DNA of 20,528 nucleotides from a virus (Duplodnaviria; Heunggongvirae; Uroviricota; Caudoviricetes): IMG/VR virus record IMGVR_UViG_2778261537_000015, positions 1 to 20,528 of that record; one strand, 5' to 3'. Shown piece by piece: positions 14,868 to 20,528 of this stretch (position 1 is its first letter; each line of letters starts with the position of its first letter). The notes under the pieces were generated by a model. It saw only the letters and a program-made list of their open reading frames with translations, ran no database searches and was not told where the DNA came from. The position numbers and the translations under genes were made by a program.

Positions 14868-16093
14868 CGATATTAAATACGGCTGTTCCTGATGTAACCA
14901 TCACTGAAAACGGTCTTTCAGTTCCCGACATAGCGGATGTGCTGGCGGGAAGACTTACAGACATGTCAACGGTTCTTGGCGGTGGCGCAAGTCAGTCACT
15001 GAGTTCACCGCAAGGTCAGATCGCACAGTCTGACACTGAAATTATTGCTCAGGTATACGACAAGCTTCTTTGTTTGTTTAATCAAATAAACCCTGACTTC
15101 TCAACAGGTAGATTCCAGGACGGGATTGGCCGGATTTACTTTATGGAACGGAACGCTGCTCAGGGGACAGTTGTTACGGCAACATGCATTGGTCAGGTTG
15201 GAACAACAATACCAGCAGGGAGTACCGCTGTGGATACGAGCGGGTATATATATCAGTCAATTGACAATGCCGTAATACCCTCATCAGGCTCTGTTGATGT
15301 GCAGTTTGTCAACACAACAACCGGGCCAATTCCGTGTGCATCCGGTTCACTGAACCAGATTTATCGAGCCGTTTCCGGGTGGGATGCTGTAAATAATATT
15401 AGCCCTGGAGTCGTTGGTGTTGATGTTGAATCACGTATCGCCTTTGAAACTCGCCGGAGACAATCAGTTGCCAGAAACAGTCGAAATCAGGACGCATCTA
15501 CATTAGCAGCGTTACTTGCGACTGATGGTGTGCTTGATGCTTACGTATGGTCAAACAGAACTGCAGAAACAGTAAATAAAGGAACAACGAATTTCCCGAT
15601 TCTTGCGCATTCTGTTTATATTTGTGTTTATGGCGGGGCTGATACGGATGTTGCTGAGTCAATATTCAATACTTATAACCCCGGTGCCAATATGAATGGT
15701 GATACAACGTTCACTGTTTACGATAACGTTAATTACATGCCGCCATATCCATCTTACGTTATGCAATGGCAAAAGGCATCACCTACGCGGGTTTACTTTA
15801 AGGTAAATATCGATGCCTCACTAAATCCACCAAGTGATATAACTAAGCAAGTAAAGAAAATGGTTGCTACTGTATTCAATGGAGGGTATGAGGGTATTGG
15901 GAAGGCGCGAATTGGTTCTACGATAAATGCTGGTAAATACTATGCCCCTGTTATTTCAATATCTCCTGATACAGTTGGCATTTTGTCTCTTGAAATTTCT
16001 CTCGATGGTTCACTATACGGACCTGCTGTGACTATGGGCATAGACCAGGTTCCAACCATTCAGGAATCAGATATTACTGTTACATTGTCGTAG
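14864..16093 (+). CDS. putative baseplate J-like protein, 409 aa
   Basis: size and synteny (wedge - J - I-like - fibre) as in Mu/P2/PBSX-type tail modules. Confidence 0.5.
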   Translation: MTILNTAVPDVTITENGLSVPDIADVLAGRLTDMSTVLGGGASQSLSSPQGQIAQSDTEIIAQVYDKLLCLFNQINPDFSTGRFQDGIGRIYFMERNAAQGTVVTATCIGQVGTTIPAGSTAVDTSGYIYQSIDNAVIPSSGSVDVQFVNTTTGPIPCASGSLNQIYRAVSGWDAVNNISPGVVGVDVESRIAFETRRRQSVARNSRNQDASTLAALLATDGVLDAYVWSNRTAETVNKGTTNFPILAHSVYICVYGGADTDVAESIFNTYNPGANMNGDTTFTVYDNVNYMPPYPSYVMQWQKASPTRVYFKVNIDASLNPPSDITKQVKKMVATVFNGGYEGIGKARIGSTINAGKYYAPVISISPDTVGILSLEISLDGSLYGPAVTMGIDQVPTIQESDITVTLS

Positions 16094-16103
16094 GGGGAGC
16101 GGT

Positions 16104-16742
16104 ATGTGGGAAGACACAATTCTTACCCAGTACTCTGCAAGCAAAAAATTACTATCCATCATTGATACCTTTAATCAGGCAATTAGCCTTGATGATTTCA
16201 CTGATGAGTTTATTAAAAAAATATGGGATTTGACCACCTGTGAGACATTCGGGTTGGACATGTGGGGTAAAATAGTTGGAATAAGCCGTTATATTAATAC
16301 TCCAATAGAAGCCAGTTCTTTCGGATTCAATGAAGCAGATGGCAAAGATCCAGATTACCCAACTCCTTTCAACGATTCACCTTTTTTTGGTGGTGTACAG
16401 GAGACAACGAATGTCAGGTTGAGTGATGATGCTTACAGAACTCTCATATTTTGCAAAGCATTCACAAATATAAGTATTGCCACGATCCCTGAAATAAACA
16501 GATTTCTAAAAATATTGTTTTATCAAAGAGGGAGAGCATATTGCGTAAATTATCGAGATATGACAATAGGAATAACGTTTGAATTTGAGCTTGCGACATA
16601 CGAAGAATCGATTCTCACGAATTATGAGGTGATGCCCGTCCCGAGTGGTGTTCTGGTAAATATACGTAAAATCATTTCCCCTTATTTTGGTTTTTCATCT
16701 GATGCCTATCCGTTTAATGATGGCACATTTTATAGGAATTAA
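16104..16742 (+). CDS. putative baseplate/tail protein (gpI-like), 212 aa
   Basis: RBS GGGGAG; position between the J-like and fibre genes. Confidence 0.45.
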   Translation: MWEDTILTQYSASKKLLSIIDTFNQAISLDDFTDEFIKKIWDLTTCETFGLDMWGKIVGISRYINTPIEASSFGFNEADGKDPDYPTPFNDSPFFGGVQETTNVRLSDDAYRTLIFCKAFTNISIATIPEINRFLKILFYQRGRAYCVNYRDMTIGITFEFELATYEESILTNYEVMPVPSGVLVNIRKIISPYFGFSSDAYPFNDGTFYRN

Positions 16743-16744
16743 GC

Positions 16745-17608
16745 ATGAATCGTTCTGACTCACCTAAAAAACAACCTAAGCCATTTGGAGTTAATGGACA
16801 GAGAGGGGTAATATTGCCAACCACCCCTGCAGGTGATAACTCAGCATCGTATGAACAGGGGTTTCCTCCAATAACAATGATCCTGAAATCTGCTGGCGGT
16901 TTGCCGCCAAAAGGCCAGGATATGAACCAAATTTTATACGAACTTTCGGCTCTTGGTAGATGGTCGAGCACAGGGGCGCTGAATACTTTTGATTCTGAAT
17001 TTGCTTCGGAGATTTCTGGATATCCGTCAGGGGCGATGCTCATCTCGGACGATGGGGAAAGAATATTCATTAACACAACAGAAGGAAATCTATCTGATCC
17101 AAACAGCAATGGTGCCGGGTGGAAAGATGTTCTTTCATACCTTGGTTTGGGAGAAACGATAAATAAAGCCTCCGGAGCTATGCAGAAATCGGCTAATGGA
17201 GCTGATATTTCTGATGTATCAGCCTTCCGAAATGCGCTCCAGTTAGGGACCGCTGCAACACGAGATGTTGGTGCCGGGTTAATTAATGGCATTCCGGACA
17301 TGTCCTCATTCCGTGGTTCATTAGCCGGAACTGGTTACATTAAAATCCCCATTATCGGTGCCGGAGGCGGTGCGCAAACCATTGTCATTCAGTGGGGAGT
17401 GCATTCAACTCCCCCTGGCAGTAATGCTGCCTACAATCTGGCTGTAGCATTTCCTAACTCGATACTCTGGGCTACCGGGGGACGCGGTGCCCCTGGGTCA
17501 AATGCATCGATGAATGTCGGTCCAGAAGGGACTCAACAAATTAGAATTCAGAACTATGCACCCAGCGGCCCTAATGAAAACTGCTTCTGGATTGCGATTG
17601 GTTATTGA
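16745..17608 (+). CDS. tail fibre protein, 287 aa
   Basis: Gly/Ser/Asn-rich sequence, N-terminal region resembling conserved tail-fibre N-termini; directly followed by a tail-fibre assembly gene. Confidence 0.6.
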   Translation: MNRSDSPKKQPKPFGVNGQRGVILPTTPAGDNSASYEQGFPPITMILKSAGGLPPKGQDMNQILYELSALGRWSSTGALNTFDSEFASEISGYPSGAMLISDDGERIFINTTEGNLSDPNSNGAGWKDVLSYLGLGETINKASGAMQKSANGADISDVSAFRNALQLGTAATRDVGAGLINGIPDMSSFRGSLAGTGYIKIPIIGAGGGAQTIVIQWGVHSTPPGSNAAYNLAVAFPNSILWATGGRGAPGSNASMNVGPEGTQQIRIQNYAPSGPNENCFWIAIGY

Positions 17609-17619
17609 GGGGGATAAAG

Positions 17620-18039
17620 ATGAAAAATGTTTATAAGTTTCATGATGGCTTATTTTACCCACCGGACCTGAATTATGAGTCTATTCCAGATAGTGCGATA
17701 GAAGTATCGAGCGAGGAGTATATAAAAGCCATGAGCCGCGCACCTGGAAGCACTTTTACGGTCAATGATGCTGGTGTTGTCACTATTATCCCGGCACCAG
17801 AGCCTACGCAGGAGCAACGTATCGCTCAGGCTGAGGTGCATAAACAATTCTTGCTGGATGAAGCTACGCAAAGGATTACTATCTGGCAAACCAAGCTTCT
17901 CATGGGGCGTAAGTTAACGGATGATGAATCAGCCAGCCTTAATGCCTGGATGGACTATATTGACGAAGTAGCGAAGACTAAAGCCGTCACTGCACCCGAT
18001 ATCGTCTGGCCTACGCCTCCGGGGGAGCAGGCCAATTGA
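17620..18039 (+). CDS. tail fibre assembly protein (Tfa family), 139 aa
   Basis: ATG 17620 with GAGGGGG RBS; C-terminal Tfa signature ...SLNAWMDYIDEV...TAPDIVWPTPPGE. Confidence 0.75.
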   Translation: MKNVYKFHDGLFYPPDLNYESIPDSAIEVSSEEYIKAMSRAPGSTFTVNDAGVVTIIPAPEPTQEQRIAQAEVHKQFLLDEATQRITIWQTKLLMGRKLTDDESASLNAWMDYIDEVAKTKAVTAPDIVWPTPPGEQAN

Positions 18040-18118
18040 TATCCGGCGCACAGGACAAAACTGATACACACAAAGCTTTGCACTGGATTGCAAGGCTTTG
18101 TGCTATTCGATAGTTGTT

Positions 18119-18140
18119 AAGGTGGATCACTCCACCTTTT
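18119..18140 (+). terminator. intrinsic terminator for the tail operon (AAGGTGGA-TCAC-TCCACCTT + TT), overlapping the integrase stop codon
   Basis: perfect 8-bp stem read directly; short T-run. Confidence 0.55.
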
Positions 18141-19284
18141 CATCAAGCCAATCCGCCCACCACTGCATCATTTCTCTGCGCTTATCTAGATACTGAGCAT
18201 GGTTGTAAATCCCACGCACAGATCCGCCGTTGGCATGTGCCAGTTGCACTTCAATGGCGTCGGCAGGCCATTCGTGCTCGTTCATAATCGTGCTGAATTC
18301 ATGCCTGAATCCGTGACCGCTTTCCAGCCCCTCATAGCCGATTTGTTTGATCACAAGTAGCACCGCGTTCTCGCAGATTGGTTTCTTCTTATCGTTGCGC
18401 CCGGCAAAAACAAATTCTGATACTGGTTTAGTGATGGAGCTTAGCGTAGTGAGAAGTTCAACCACCTGGTCTGACATCGGGACCACATGAATTTTGCGTC
18501 CCTTCATCACACTGGCGTCGATGGTGATAATCCTGTTTTCAAAATCGACGTTCTTCCATAGCATGGAGCGAAGCTCTTTCGTTCTTAGGGCTGTGTAGCG
18601 TAAAACTTTGGTCGCAATGAGCGATACGATACTTCCTGAAAATGTTGCCAGTGCTTTGTTGAATGCAGGGATCTGGTCTGCTGGAAGAAACGGGAAGTTC
18701 TTCTTGCGGTATCCTTTCATGGCGTCTGCAAGGTCAGGTGCCGGGTTATATTTAGCCCTGCCGGTGACAATAGCGTAACGGAAAACCTCGCCGCATCTTC
18801 TGCGGGCTTTGTTGGCTCGCTCCATTGCACCGCGGTCTTCAAATCTGCGGATTACTTCCTGCAGTTGCATCGGCTCAATATCCTGAATTTCAAGGCTGCC
18901 GATGATAGGTAAAATGTCTTCATCAAACATTTTTGCAAGTTCATTTGCATAGCCTACTGACCAGACTTGCTTCTTGTGCTCGTACCATTCCTTGTAAATC
19001 GCACTAAAGGAATTGTTGTTAGACGAAGCCTTTTTCGCCTTTACCGGATCGATGCCAACCGAGATGTCTTTCCTCGCAGTCCATGCTTTATCCCTTGCCT
19101 CCTGCAAAGTCATAAGCGGATATTTTCCGACGGTCAGGATTTTCTCCTTACCGCCAATCTTGTAGCGAAGCTGCCATACCTTTTTCCCTGACACAGGGAC
19201 ATAAAGGTACAGGCCATTACCATCGAGAAGGCGGTATGGTTTTTCTTTCGGCTTTGCTGCTTCAATCTGCTTAACGGTGAGCAT
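18127..19284 (-). CDS. intS: P4-family tyrosine integrase (IntS-like), 385 aa
   Basis: N-terminus MLTVKQIEAAKPKEKPYRLLDGNGLYLYVPVSGKKVWQLRYK typical of P4-type integrases; C-terminal catalytic region with RHEF/HxxG-type motifs; immediately downstream of the tRNA 3' end; start taken at ATG 19284 rather than the track's upstream GTG. Confidence 0.9.
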   Translation of the reverse strand: MLTVKQIEAAKPKEKPYRLLDGNGLYLYVPVSGKKVWQLRYKIGGKEKILTVGKYPLMTLQEARDKAWTARKDISVGIDPVKAKKASSNNNSFSAIYKEWYEHKKQVWSVGYANELAKMFDEDILPIIGSLEIQDIEPMQLQEVIRRFEDRGAMERANKARRRCGEVFRYAIVTGRAKYNPAPDLADAMKGYRKKNFPFLPADQIPAFNKALATFSGSIVSLIATKVLRYTALRTKELRSMLWKNVDFENRIITIDASVMKGRKIHVVPMSDQVVELLTTLSSITKPVSEFVFAGRNDKKKPICENAVLLVIKQIGYEGLESGHGFRHEFSTIMNEHEWPADAIEVQLAHANGGSVRGIYNHAQYLDKRREMMQWWADWLDEKVE

Positions 19285-19329
19285 GGGTAAAAATCCGATG
19301 GGTAAAATTATTTTACCCACTTTTTACCC
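19285..19329. promoter_or_regulatory. arm-type repeat cluster at the integrase start: GGGTAAAA x2 (19285-19292, 19300-19307) and TTTTACCC x2 (19311-19318, 19322-19329)
   Basis: 8-mer repeats read directly; same motif as at 1763-1782; overlaps the intS translation start and presumably its promoter. Confidence 0.55.
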
Positions 19330-19445
19330 GTCATGGAGTGCGGCTGTCAACGATCTGACGCGAACCATTACGAACTGTGAATCTACGGAAGGCTTGATAT
19401 TCAGGGGATTTTGCGGACTGCTACGGATGGGAGCGAACTGATAAA

Positions 19446-19520
19446 TGGTGTCCCCTGCAGGAATCGAACCTGCAATTAGCCCTTAGGAGGGGCTCGTTAT
19501 ATCCATTTAACTAAGAGGAC
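19446..19520 (-). tRNA. argW: tRNA-Arg (anticodon CCU), 75 nt
   Basis: reverse complement reads GTCCTCTTAGTTAAATGGATATAACGAGCCCCTCCTAAGGGCTAATTGCAGGTTCGATTCCTGCAGGGGACACCA: cloverleaf with CCT anticodon, TTCGATT T-loop and encoded CCA end. Confidence 0.9.
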
Positions 19521-19531
19521 AATGCGGCATG

Positions 19532-19537
19532 AGTATA
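19532..19537 (-). promoter_or_regulatory. candidate -10 element (TATACT on the minus strand) for argW
   Basis: TATACT ~11 nt upstream of the tRNA 5' end; -35 not confidently identified. Confidence 0.3.
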
Positions 19538-19595
19538 CCCGCTAATGGACTGCGGGGTAAGTACGCTGCCGCTCGATTGCTTAAACCCTCGCCAT

Positions 19596-20528
19596 TTATG
19601 CTGGGTTTTTATCATTTTTCTTAATGTTTTCCGCACGTTCTGCTTTTTGGCGTGCTTCTGCTTTACGCTTGTTGCTCATGTCGTTACGAATCTGTGCATG
19701 ACTCATTAACGCGAAGATAAAGGTGCCGCCGCAGATGTTCCCCGCTAAAGTAGGTAGTGCGAAGGGCCAGATGAAATCGCTCCAGTGCAGCGTGCCGTTA
19801 AACACCAGATAGAGGATTTCAACAGAACCGACAACGATGTGGGTGGTGTCACCCAGTGCAATAAGCCAGGTCATCAATATAATCACCACAATCTTTGCCG
19901 CACCCGCAGCAGGAAACATCCAAACCATAGTGGCGATCAGCCAGCCGGAAATGATCGCGTTGGCAAACATCTCGCTGGGGGTGTTCTTCATCACATCCAT
20001 GCCGATTTTGACAAATGCATCGCGAGTTTCTTCATTGAAGATAGGCATATATTCAAATGCCCATGCAGCAATACCTGTCCCGAGAATATTACCCAGCAGC
20101 ACGACGCCCCATAATCGCATAAGTAAGCCGACGTTGCTCATTGTCGGTTTTTGCATGACGGGTAGTACCGCAGTCACGGTGTTTTCGGTAAATAATTGCT
20201 GGCGGGCCATAATGACGATAATAAAACCAAAGGTATAACCGAGATTCTCCAGTAAGAAGCTGCCTGGCACTCCTTCCAGTTCGACATGAAATATCCCTTT
20301 TGCCAGTAGCGAAGCGCCCATCGACAGACCCGCCGCAATGGCTGACCACAGTAGCGCCATTGCGTCGCGTTCCAGCTCTTTTTCACCATCCTGGCGGATA
20401 TGCTCATGAATTGCCATCGCCCGGGAGGGGAGTCGGTCTTCATCTATTTCTATTTTTTTGCCGCGCTCTTTTTCTTCGCTCTCAACTTCAATTTCGTCGC
20501 TGTGTTGATCAATTTTGTCGTTGTCCAT
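19596..20528 (-). CDS. yfdC: formate/nitrite transporter (FNT) family inner membrane protein, 310 aa; start codon at the window edge
   Basis: acidic N-terminal tail then multi-TM core; position immediately next to argW matches yfdC in E. coli K-12. Confidence 0.8.
   Translation of the reverse strand: MDNDKIDQHSDEIEVESEEKERGKKIEIDEDRLPSRAMAIHEHIRQDGEKELERDAMALLWSAIAAGLSMGASLLAKGIFHVELEGVPGSFLLENLGYTFGFIIVIMARQQLFTENTVTAVLPVMQKPTMSNVGLLMRLWGVVLLGNILGTGIAAWAFEYMPIFNEETRDAFVKIGMDVMKNTPSEMFANAIISGWLIATMVWMFPAAGAAKIVVIILMTWLIALGDTTHIVVGSVEILYLVFNGTLHWSDFIWPFALPTLAGNICGGTFIFALMSHAQIRNDMSNKRKAEARQKAERAENIKKNDKNPA

Larger units (their letters stand above)
1689..19460. mobile_element. integrated KplE1/CPS-53-like defective prophage (tail-only) at argW, bounded by 15-bp direct repeats
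   Basis: 15-bp direct repeat TGGTGTCCCCTGCAG at 1689-1703 and 19446-19460 (3' end of argW); tyrosine integrase immediately adjacent to the tRNA 3' end; excisionase at the distal end; phage tail genes in between. Confidence 0.8.

Noticed and set aside
16714..17301. 195-aa ORF on the minus strand
   Set aside because: Entirely antisense to the tail-fibre gene within a coupled operon; no RBS context; Gly/Ala/Pro-rich translation typical of antisense reading of fibre genes
1..20528. CRISPR arrays, rRNA genes, IS elements
   Set aside because: No regularly spaced direct repeats, rRNA-like sequence or transposase ORF with terminal inverted repeats seen

Overview
The window holds a ~17.7-kb integrated KplE1/CPS-53-like element inserted at the 3' end of tRNA-Arg(CCU) argW, flanked by a complete LacY-family sucrose permease gene (cscB-like, 1-1248) on the left and the FNT-family gene yfdC (19596-20528, minus) on the right. 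The element is bounded by a 15-bp direct repeat (1689-1703 and 19446-19460, the latter being the argW 3' end). It carries a P4-type tyrosine integrase (intS-like) next to the tRNA and a TorI/AlpA-type excisionase at the far end. A leftward operon (Ea22/DUF551-like, small membrane protein, ASCH-like, 55-aa ORF) diverges at ~3556-3724 from a rightward contractile-tail module: putative sheath, tube, a chaperone pair with a canonical -1 slippery heptamer, tape measure, baseplate hub/spike/wedge proteins, tail fibre and tail-fibre assembly protein. Between the tape measure and baseplate genes sits a terminator-delimited accessory block: a signal-peptide protein, a possible P63C-like protein behind paired inverted-repeat operators, and a P22 immI-like Mnt/Arc/antirepressor module. 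I found no capsid, portal, terminase, lysis or replication genes between the att repeats, so the most notable feature is a mobilisable, tail-only (tailocin-like or helper-dependent) element carrying an antirepressor. All calls rest on reading the sequence and on recalled family features; no database search was run.
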